A model generated the notes under the pieces. It was given only the letters and a program-made list of their open reading frames with translations, made no database searches and had not been told where the DNA came from. Below, one piece after another: positions 49,301 to 59,804 of a DNA stretch of 64,000 bases (position 1 is the stretch's first letter; the number at the start of each line of letters is the position of its first letter). The stretch spans positions 1,116,001 through 1,180,000 of the forward strand of contig NC_089432.1 of NCBI RefSeq assembly GCF_026210795.1. The letters are read 5' to 3'. The translations under genes and the position numbers were made by a program. Source of the DNA: Rhizophagus irregularis (lineage: Eukaryota).

Positions 49301-50555
49301 CTACATATGATGAGGATTTACTTATTTCACCCTTGTTTACCAGACAAATTTCACAGAAATTTATGGATATCTCTTACCAGCTAGATTCCCCATGGAATCA
49401 AGTTAATCACCATATCATGAAATAATCATCGCAATCTTATCAAAGCTTCTTAATCGTAAATTGATGATGAAATGGAAAAATTGAAAAACAATGACAGTTC
49501 ACTTTTGGTTAGCTATTTGAACCGATTGCAAACTGAATTAAAATAATAAAGAATTATTAAATTTATTGTAGTAAAATCAGAATTTTCTTTGATTAATGAG
49601 ACTTAGACATTTTACTTCATTCTTTTTTTTCATAAAATTTATTCCATTTAATAGAAAAGAATTAACTTCGTTTGTTGTTTCCCTTTGATGAATGTGCAAA
49701 TAATATGATTGCAATATTACTACATTTTTATCTTAAGAAAACGCTCATTTACTAGACACAATGTTGAATAAATTAACAGACCATGCAATAATTTCTATTG
49801 TTGAAATCAAAATATAAAAGTTTATTTATTTTTTATAATATAATAATTGTTTATTAATAATAAAACATATTTATCATAAAACAGCTGAAAATTACTTATA
49901 ATGTAACGATATAATTACCCATCCAATAACATAATCACATAGACCGCCTATCACTCTATAAATTAAAACAACATACGATTTGCAATAATGCTTGCATCAC
50001 AAACCTCTTAATGGAAATAATGGAAATCCTTATGTTGAAAATGATGACACCGTATATAAATCTTTGCTTCTGATTGTGCGCAGAATTATAAATATTTGAA
50101 GAAATTAAATGATTCAATTTTGGATGTACATAGTTAGTAGTTGATTAAGAAAGTTATCGTTATCCAATGTATACTAAATATCTAAGTAGTAGAATAGTGC
50201 GACAAATTTAACGAATTCCTTCTTTGAACAACTCGAAAGATTCTACATGTAGAAGATTCTAATCAGAAATATTAAGTAGTCAATTTAAAACTGTATCTTA
50301 GAAGTTAGAAATAAATTCTTTAACAAGAAGGATATAGTTAGACTCTCTTCGACCGGCGTAGAATTATTATTCCATCAAATAGAAAATTTATTAACCGTTT
50401 AGTTAAATTTTAATCGTACACTTTTGGGGACATCAAAAAAAAATTGCAGACAAAAAAAAACAGGAAAGGATAACAAATTTATTAATAATTATTCGAAAAA
50501 CTTCATCTATTAATTTTAAAACAATAAAACGTTTATAGATTAGAATCTATAAATA

Positions 50556-52097
50556 TTAATAAGGTATTAAAACCTTCAACATATCTTTTGCTTCTTCAAT
50601 TCCATTATCTAAAGCTTTTTTATACCAATAAATTGCTTTATCATTATTACTATCAGCTCCAATACCAAAATAATAACATGCTCCTACATAATTTTGTGCT
50701 ATTGCATAACCACCTCCAGCTGCTTTCAGGTACCATTCAAAAGATTTTTTTATATCCTTATCTGTTCCTATTGCATTATAATAACAATAACCCAAATTGC
50801 ATTGCCCATTCACACATCCAGCAATTGCCGATTTTGAGAACCATTCAAATGCTTTTGGTTTATTTTTATCTGTTCCTTTACCATGCTGATAAAATAATCC
50901 CAAATTGTTTTGTCCCATCGCATTTCCATTTTCAGCAGATTTAATATACCATTCAAACGCTTTTATTTCATTTTTATCCGTTCCTACACCATTTTCATAA
51001 CAAAGCCCTAAGCTAACTTCTCCTTCAGCACATCCACTAATAACTGATTTCGAATACCATTCAAATGCTTTTGTTTCGTTTTTCTTTGTTCCCGTGCCAA
51101 TTTCATAACAACGTCCCAAATTATTTTGTGCTATTGCATATCCATTACTCGCAGATTTAAAATACCATTCAAATGCTTTCTTTTCATTCTTATTTATTCC
51201 TTTACCATTTCTATAGCAACATCCCAAATGATCTTGTGCTTTTGAATTGTTTGATATCGCTAATTTTAAGGTCTTTTCAAACTCTAACCTTTCATCTTCA
51301 CTACATTGAGTAGTCTCATTTTTACATTTTTCAGATTTTAAAAACCAGTCAAATGCCTTTTTCCCGTCCCTTTGCGTTCCTATTCCATCCATATAACATA
51401 CTGCTAAATTATATTGAGCATCAGAATTTTCTCTTTCAGCTAAATTTAAAAATAATTCAAAAGCTTTTTTATAATTAGATTTTGTACCTTTTCCATTTTT
51501 ATAACAGATGGCTAAATTATACTTTGCTTCTAAATTGTCATTTTCAGCTAATTTTAAGAGATTTGATAATTCATTTTGTTTAAAATTAATATCTAAAATA
51601 ATATCTTTATAATAAAATAAAGATAATAAATATTTTCCTATAATAATATTTTTATATCTTAAAACATTAAATAAATCATTATCATCATCATATTCTTCAA
51701 TAAAATTTAATTCATTAAAATAATAATTACTTAAATAATTTTTACCTTTTATATTATCAATAGATAAATAATATGATTCAATAGATTTTTTCTTATCAAG
51801 ATTACAACCAATACCAAATTGATAAAAAAATCCTATAGAACTTGTGAACCAAATGATATTATTATCATGATTTTCCATTAACTTAAGAATTTTTTCAGGA
51901 TTTTTATTATTATTTTTAATATAATTATTTATCCATTCATTTGTAATATTTTCAAAATTATTGATATCATTTATTTCAATAATTCTTTGATAAAACTCTT
52001 TTAAAAAATTCTTTAGAAAATTCTCATCATCATCTTTAATAATAATATTTGTTTTTGCTTCGTTAACAGATAATGAGTTGGATGAGTTGAACGACAT
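50556..52097 (-). CDS. Divergent SLR protein, about 8 canonical SLRs plus one N-terminal degenerate repeat
   Basis: 513-aa ORF; AQNNLGRCYEIGTGTKKNETKAFEWYSKS-type repeats; N-terminus differs from the main subfamily. Confidence 0.92.
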   Translation of the reverse strand: MSFNSSNSLSVNEAKTNIIIKDDDENFLKNFLKEFYQRIIEINDINNFENITNEWINNYIKNNNKNPEKILKLMENHDNNIIWFTSSIGFFYQFGIGCNLDKKKSIESYYLSIDNIKGKNYLSNYYFNELNFIEEYDDDNDLFNVLRYKNIIIGKYLLSLFYYKDIILDINFKQNELSNLLKLAENDNLEAKYNLAICYKNGKGTKSNYKKAFELFLNLAERENSDAQYNLAVCYMDGIGTQRDGKKAFDWFLKSEKCKNETTQCSEDERLEFEKTLKLAISNNSKAQDHLGCCYRNGKGINKNEKKAFEWYFKSASNGYAIAQNNLGRCYEIGTGTKKNETKAFEWYSKSVISGCAEGEVSLGLCYENGVGTDKNEIKAFEWYIKSAENGNAMGQNNLGLFYQHGKGTDKNKPKAFEWFSKSAIAGCVNGQCNLGYCYYNAIGTDKDIKKSFEWYLKAAGGGYAIAQNYVGACYYFGIGADSNNDKAIYWYKKALDNGIEEAKDMLKVLIPY

Positions 52098-52229
52098 TTT
52101 TTATTTTACTTTTTTTTTTAAAAAAAAAAAATTTCGTTAAAGTGATAAACTTTTATTTACGTCATGCATATAATTACACTTGTGAAACAATAATTTAATT
52201 TATCACGTGATGTGTGTAAAGTGGGTCTG

Positions 52230-52352
52230 GTACGAGACCGACAGGTACAAAAGACTGACACATCTAGGCAGGATTATCCATAATGCGGGCCAGCATGTCG
52301 GTCTTTCGTACCTGTCGGTTTTTTGATTGTTGGTCTTTTGATCGGGTCTCGT
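52230..52352. repeat. Small inverted-repeat element upstream of the 513-aa SLR gene
   Basis: ACGAGACCGACAGGTACAAAAGACTGACA...TGTCGGTCTTTCGTACCTGTCGGT...CGGGTCTCGT. Confidence 0.6.
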
Positions 52353-54755
52353 GTAAAGTACGCCAGATAGCAGTAAATAATAATTTAGACTACTCATTGC
52401 TTGAAAATATAAGAAGTGTCTAGTAAATAGAAAAATTTATTTTTATTTCTGTTTATTAAATTTTGGTCAATAAATAATCATAATTTATTAGTAACTTAAT
52501 GATCTCAAATTCCTTGATATTGTTCAATAATATTATTAAAATATCTTAAACTAAAAGAAAAAAATAAATAAAATAAAACAGTAAAAAAAAAAATAATTGA
52601 TCATAACCAGTTAACGTCAACCACCTACTTTCCATATTGATAAGAAATATTATTTGAAACGATGATGTATATAAATTAAATTTCGAAATTTTTATCTGTT
52701 TTGGCTCTGCTGTCACGTACAATTTATTAAAAAATATGATTGGTTCTTATCATCAGTATAATTGCCAATTATTAATAGATCAACATTATTTTAACAAAGA
52801 AATTGATAATCCTGATGCATTAGTCCATAAAATCGGATTAACACGGACCCCCTGCTGTACTACAATCCTGCACCTATTAAAATATAGGAAATTACGCCAA
52901 TTATTTGCTTCAATTGTTTGATTTTTCCATTTTCCATAAGGGGTTTTATTTTTCTATAATACGTTACCATCTTTAGCATTGTGTACATATGAAAAACATA
53001 TATACATACTACATAAATTTGCCATTCTTAGTCAAATATAGTTAAAAATATGACCTAGTAATTTGTAATATTCGTATTTTTTTCAACTAATTTATATAAT
53101 TAATTGTTTCGTTTTTTTTTTCAGATCAATTTATTTTAAATAAATATTTTTTACATTTAATATGCTGATTCTATATAATTTTTTTTTGACGAGACACCAA
53201 TCTATAAATTAATTATTAAAAATTTCTTATATATACTCATTTCTGCAAAAGCTTCTTCCTTCACATTCACAAGTTTTAGCATTAATAAATTCTCTTTTTA
53301 TGAATATTTTAATGAATACTACTAAAAATTTAATAAGCTAAAGAACAGCCAAAATTGATACAGTACTTTGTTTAGAAATCAAATTTTTCAAGCCTTTCAA
53401 AAAATGTTCAGTTAACTCTGATATGATATTTATCTTCGTATCGTATTAGACCTAGAGCTTAATGAAACAGTAAAAAAAAAATTGCAAGAAACAATGTAAC
53501 AACCACATTGATGAAACTCCATCTGATTAGAATGGACCTTTTGTAATAAGCTGTGAAGTGCTTGAAAAAACTAAGGCATAATTTCCACACAGTAAATTTT
53601 AATATGTTGACAAGTATAAAGAATCTAAAATAATAGAACTTATCAAGACTGAAATAAAAACTACAGAGAGCAGAAATAATTCCATTAACATAATAATAAG
53701 ATTATTAAAATAATATGATCAAAAAATTTTTTCAAAATCTTATAGAAACAACAAAAATAATAATGAGATTTTGTTAATTTGGTCAATTTGTTTACTTTAC
53801 AATCAATAAGCTCATGTAGAAAGGATAATCTGTGAGAATTAGAAGATTAGAAAGAAAATTAGATATTGCAACATATTATCAACTACTAAAGTTGCTACTT
53901 AAATATTTAATAGTATTATGTAATAATACTTTCAGTGATGAACTTTTATCTGTATCACGTAATTTGATATTTTTGCAAAATTATTGCTTCATTAAATAAA
54001 GTATTGATGTATGGTAATGTGACACAGTTCAGTTATTAATTTTTTACATGTCTTCAAAATATAAAATGGGTGAAATAATTTGTCCATTTAATTAATCCAT
54101 AATCTGCTTTCTATATTTCAGTGATGAGATCAAAAAATTATGATAGATGTAACATATTTTGAATTCTGTCTACTAATAAACTGCTCTTAATAAATAAAAT
54201 AGAAGAAATAGAAGAAATGTTAGTAATTATTAAATTTTCTGAGTTAATTTACACGTTCCCAAACTCTTCAAGTCTTAGTCCAAAATAAACCCTAAAAAGA
54301 AACATTTATTCAGCAGTTTAAACATTCCTTCTTTGCAATTGCTAAAGTCAATGGTCATTCCACTTTAAATTTAACATCCGTCTTAAACAAAAATAGTCAT
54401 GTGAAAACCTTGTCACATGATCACCTTTGATTTTACTATTTTGATTTGATCCTCAGTTCTCAATGAACCTTAATTAGTTTCACGTTGAAAATAAAATAAA
54501 AACAAAATCAATGAACCTTAACCTGTAAATACATGCGAGTACTACAAAATGTTGCCTTCGATTTGTAATTTTGTATCAACTTTAAAATTATCAAAGACGC
54601 CAATTGGAACAATTTAGGCCCAAGTGATAAAGATTTATCAAAAGTGGGCAAAAATCATACTCGATTCCTACACTTTTCTTCAACTCTAGGTAATACTTCA
54701 CTACTCCCTTTCAATTCTCATTTTAATCATACTGATACCACCTGATATTAGTAAA

Positions 54756-54869
54756 ATCTTTGTCAAAGGTTCGCGAGTAAATGTTTAGATCATCAAGGTA
54801 GACTACAACGAATTTTCCAAATTCGTAGTGGATCACTTCATCCATAAGGCGTTGAAAAGTTGCGGGCGC
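54756..54869 (-). pseudogene. Ty3/gypsy reverse transcriptase fragment
   Basis: APATFQRLMDEVIHYEFGKFVVVYLDDLNIYSRTFDKD, containing the YxDD catalytic motif. Confidence 0.85.
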
Positions 54870-55228
54870 CCAAAGGGTTTCAAAATCAAAGTTTCTGCTA
54901 ACAACTCCCTACAAACTGACAAATCTGTATAAATAAATCATATCATTTTTATATAATGACAAGATTAAATGTTTATAATCTGTTTGTTGCTTTTTTATTG
55001 CACATCATGTAATAATATAATTTATCTACAAATTCTTAAAGTCTGCTGCATCATTAAAAAAATTCACATATACATTGCTTTATATTTCCAGTTATGTGAC
55101 GAAACCAATGCTAATAATGACAATAAAATTTTCAAATACTCCTAATGTTTAACAGTAAACTATCTATATATATTAACTAGGCAATCTGCCAAAAAATTTT
55201 GGAATATGGAATCTAAGCATGTATTAGC

Positions 55229-55523
55229 CCCTATAAAAAAAGAAAATTCGGAATTTGTCCTGAAAAGTATGGAAAATGTCCGGAAATTTTCCGTGCGTCC
55301 GGAAAACATTCGGAAACGGTCACGTTTTGGAACACTTTCCGGACGCACAAATGCCAGACATTTTCTTGACACTCCAGAATTTGTCCAGAATTTGTCCAGA
55401 ATCGAGCGTCCGGAAAATGTTCCAAAACATGACCGTTTCCGAATGTTTTCCGGACGCACGGAAAATTTCCGGACATTTTCCATACTTTTCAGGACAAATT
55501 CCGAATTTTCTTTTTTTATAGGG
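55229..55523. mobile_element. 295-bp near-palindromic MITE with CCCTATA termini
   Basis: About 120-bp almost perfect inverted arms; central CCAGAATTTGT repeats; TSD ambiguous. Confidence 0.9.
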
Positions 55524-55968
55524 TTAGTAAAGATATAAAACAATTAATTTATAAATTATTTAAATAATTTGATTACTACTATTTAGGTAATACTTCAAAC
55601 TAAATATATTTTAATTGCATAAAATTTATAAGAAATATAAGACAAATATTGGCATCTGTTTATGATATCACATTAGTAAATAAATAAAATGCATTAATAA
55701 TTAAATTCACATTTAAAGCAGCAATAAAATAAGTTTATTATAGTTAACTGTCAAACAAAAAACCTACATAACATAGATCAAGTAAATTTAGCTAAATTAT
55801 ACTCTCTTCTAAAATATTCAATAAACCTCAAAATTTGATAACCTTTAATAGAAAATTTGTATTACAAATTGTTTATTATACTGAGTTTGCTATAAAGTTT
55901 ATTATAATTCATTGCTCTTAAATTTTTTTTTCAATTTGTCTTCACCACATTGTATCCTTACACAGCAG

Positions 55969-56832
55969 TCATACATTAAGCCAAAACAGTTGGGCTTCTA
56001 AATTTTCTGCTTTTTGATATAATTCAAAAGCCTTCTGTTTATCAATATTAGTTCCAATTCCCTTTTCATAACACCATCCTAAACTATTTATTCCGTCTAA
56101 GCTTTCTAAATCTGCTGCCTTCTGATATAATTCAAAGACCTTCTGTTTATTGGTATCAGTTCCAATTCCTTCATAATAACACCAACTTAAGTTATTTATT
56201 CCACTAACATTTCCTAAATCTGCCGCCTTTTGATACATTTCAAATGCTTTTTCTTCATTAACGTTAGTTCCAATTCCATTCTCATAACAAATACCTAAGT
56301 TATTTATTCCAAATGCATATTCTTTATTTGCTAATTTATTGGATAATTTAAAAGATAAATTACCATCTATTTCGATATATATTTCAGCAAGACATAATTG
56401 TGCCACTTTATTTTCCAATTCTGCTGCTCTTTTATATAATTCAATTGCCCTATGTTCATTAAATTTAGTTTCAATTCCATAATAATTGAAATATCCAAGC
56501 AGATAAATAGAATTTGAATCATTTTGATTCTCTATAAGCCAATTATAGATTTGTTGTTTGAATATCATCTGATTATAAATATAATCAAGAACTTGCTGTT
56601 TTATTACATTTGCTTCTTTCCCTTTATTTAGTTCCTCAAAAATAAGATCAACCAATTTATCAATAACATTATTTAAATTTTCTTCAATAACATTTTTGTT
56701 AAAATTTTTTATTGTAGGTTCCATTTCTTTTATATTTATTTTATTAAAATTTTGAATAATTTTAGAAAATTCATTTAATGAATTATTATCAGTATTTGAT
56801 AAGTCTAGTACATTATCTGAATTATCAAACAT
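55969..56832 (-). CDS. Kinase-less SLR protein, 5 SLRs, lacking the terminal capping repeat
   Basis: 287-aa ORF ends KAENLEAQLFWLNV instead of AQYNLA...YWYKKSAEQG. Confidence 0.8.
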   Translation of the reverse strand: MFDNSDNVLDLSNTDNNSLNEFSKIIQNFNKINIKEMEPTIKNFNKNVIEENLNNVIDKLVDLIFEELNKGKEANVIKQQVLDYIYNQMIFKQQIYNWLIENQNDSNSIYLLGYFNYYGIETKFNEHRAIELYKRAAELENKVAQLCLAEIYIEIDGNLSFKLSNKLANKEYAFGINNLGICYENGIGTNVNEEKAFEMYQKAADLGNVSGINNLSWCYYEGIGTDTNKQKVFELYQKAADLESLDGINSLGWCYEKGIGTNIDKQKAFELYQKAENLEAQLFWLNV

Positions 56833-57367
56833 TTTAAAATAATTTAATTATCAGGAAAGAAATCAAATAAACTATTTGTGTAATTTTTTCTATAACATAT
56901 TGAATTTATAAGGTTTATGGTAATACAGTACACTGCATTAAATTTTGAGTCACCGCGGTTTGATATGCATTATGCAGGTAGTACAAGCCTACTGTATATT
57001 TATCTTAGTTCGTTAAAATCTAAGTTGTTTTGTTTTAAATGAAAAAAATGAGTTTTATATAATTCGCAGGATTAACATTTTTTTAATAAGTTATTAATAT
57101 CTTGAAGGAAATTTAAGGAAATTTTACATATGTGCTTGCAAAAAATTAGTTCTTGACCATGATAATGATTTGGTGGATTGTTGTGGTGTGGCGTAATGAA
57201 GCAAATGACACAGATACTATAATCTAAAGATATTAAATCTTATGTACTATAGCAAGTTAAATACTATAATCACAGCCATTCTCAAGGTCCTCCTAAATTA
57301 ACATTCAAATTCGAAATCTAGAATTTTTCTTTTAATTTTTATATAAAAATAATAAACATTAATCAAA

Positions 57368-57662
57368 CCCTATAAAAAAAGAAAATTCGGAATTTGTCCT
57401 GAAAAGTATGGAAAATGTCCGGAAACTTTCCGTGCGTCCGGAAAACATTCGGAAACGGTCATGTTTTGGAACATTTTCTGGACGCTCGATTCTGGACAAA
57501 TTCTGGACAAATTCTGGAGTGTCAAGAAAATGTCTGGAATTTGTGCGTCCGGAAAGTGTTCCAAAACGTGACCGTTTCCGAATGTTTTCTGGACGCACGG
57601 AAAATTTCCGGACATTTTCCATACTTTTCAGGACAAATTCCGAATTTTCTTTTTTTATAGGG
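57368..57662. mobile_element. Second 295-bp MITE copy, inverted relative to 55229-55523
   Basis: Same length, only a handful of substitutions; flanks aaa/taa. Confidence 0.9.
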
Positions 57663-59427
57663 TAAATTATTAAAATGATTATTGGATGAATGTTATTTAT
57701 AAACTAATTTCTTGAGTGGATCAGATATTTGATTAAATTTTTTACTACGGTATATAATAGGTAACATTTATGATTTTTATTGTTAGGTATATATCATATA
57801 TTGACTGTAACTTATAAGTTGGGTAACTATACATATATAAAAATGAAATTTAATATAAATAATACTTAATTTACATTTTCATTATTATTAAGTATCTACA
57901 TCAAATTACAAAGCAAGTTTCTGATATCATAGATAAATATTCTTGAAAGTAATTTATTTTATATATAAAATAATCATCAATGAGGTAAAGCTCAATACCT
58001 GCTGATGATAATAGATCACACACAGATATTAAATATTACTTATCTAAATGTATTTTTACTTTTATATTTATTCTTACATATCATAATATAGTTCACTGAA
58101 TTTTTGGCACTCCAAATTTCGTAAATGATTGTGGTTATGATGAAGTAGTAGTCAAAATTGAATGAACAGTCCTACTAAACCTATTAAACAAATAATATAA
58201 AATTTGTAATGATATGTGATATCAAATGAAACTGATTTTCATAATAATCAATAATAACATTCTTTTTTTTTTTGATACTGAATACAGTTTAGCTAAACAA
58301 TTACTACCCTCTTTCCGAAGAAAGGTGAAATAAACTATCTAAAATTGTCTTAGCTACAAAAAATACAACTAAACTATATTAATAGTAATACGATTGAGTA
58401 TCGTGTCCATATTGTTACTACTATTAATTATTTTAATTATTTTAAACTTTTTTTTCCTATTTTGTACTTTTTTTGACGGTTGGCTCATAATCGAAATTCT
58501 ATTATTTACTCTTCATCCTATGTAGTCACTATTCGTTTTTTGTTATCGTTAATTATATCCGTTTCATTCGTTTCTCCTTTGCTTTCTTTCTCTATGCCTG
58601 ATGGTTTTTCTTGTAGAACTCCGATTAATAAAATGATTAATTTTAATTCGGGTCAAAATTAACCATATCGGCTGGAGTTAAGCATTTTTTTAAAATTACA
58701 ATAATATAAAGGTATGCTAAAAAAGGATATATTAACGCCAAATTTGGATTTTTTTGATACAACTGATATAGATATCGCGACTTTGGCGACCTTACTAATA
58801 AAATCCAGTATCGCGATTGTTTTAATATGGATTTGATTCGGGGAGAAAAATCCAAAATAAGAAGAATCCGATTCGCCTGTGTAAATCATGTCCATATCAC
58901 GTGATTATATCCGAAATTCTTATCACCTAATTAAAATAAACGATAAAATAAATTGACAATAAATTAATTCTATATCAACACTAATCAATTTATTTAAATA
59001 TCATCAAACTTATCACATGAATTCATATCATACTGAATTACTGATGCCCGTCCAATAATAGAGTTATAATTCGGTCATTAGGAATACTGCGGTGAACCAA
59101 ACAATATAATTTTTTAGAATTTCTATTTAAAATTATTTTTATATTAATAAAGATAATAAATTTTTTATATTATAGTTTAATTGTTTACAGTAAATGTATA
59201 CAAATATTGCATACAATTTACCAGTCTTTTTTATTTTAATATTTTAATAAAAGATCATATAAAACCCGGTATAAGAAGATTTTTGATATATCGGATATCT
59301 TGATAAATAAAGTTTTCTAGTCAAATGAAACTAGGTTCAAACACACTTCATCATAAAAAATAACATACTAGTAATTAATTTTAAATTTTTACAATACAGA
59401 TCGTAAACTTGGAAAATTCACAATATA

Positions 59428-59563
59428 CCGTACGGTTCCGAAATTACGCAACCATTTTTTGCACTTAATTCTGGCCAAAGTCCTCATAATTCCGGCCGAA
59501 ATCGGCTTAATGCGGGCCAGGGTTGCTTATTTTCGGGGGTTGCTTAATTTCGGAACCGTATGG
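59428..59563. mobile_element. Tc1/mariner-pogo-like MITE
   Basis: TA|CCGTACGGTTCCGAAATTACGCAACC...GGTTGCTTAATTTCGGAACCGTATGG|TA. Confidence 0.82.
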
Positions 59564-59804
59564 TACATTAATCTATGTATTTTTTTTTTTGTACTCATTA
59601 TTTCATTATATAATACATGATTTTTAATAAAGAAATTCGTTACCGAAAAAAAACAATACAGGTTCGCAAAAAATGTAAAATTTCCTTTTTCGAATCCTTA
59701 CTATTTCTTTTAGTCGGCAATAATAATTTGACATTATTGACCGAAACGTCATTTCTTTGCAGTAATTTACCTCTTAACAACAATATAGGACCCGGAAATA
59801 TATA

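Noticed and set aside
936..56832. Bacterial origin of the contig (intronless Sel1 genes)
   Set aside because: Spliceosomal introns, F-box genes, eukaryotic transposons and long AT-rich spacers indicate a fungal nuclear genome
55160..57665. Eight overlapping ORFs on both strands (MENVRKFSVRP..., MSGNFPCVRK...)
   Set aside because: Artefacts of the GC-rich palindromic MITEs
58380..59100. CpG-richer region with TCACGTGA and AATTCGGGTCAAA (reverse match at about 12610)
   Set aside because: Probably transposon-derived, but I could not define termini or a TSD
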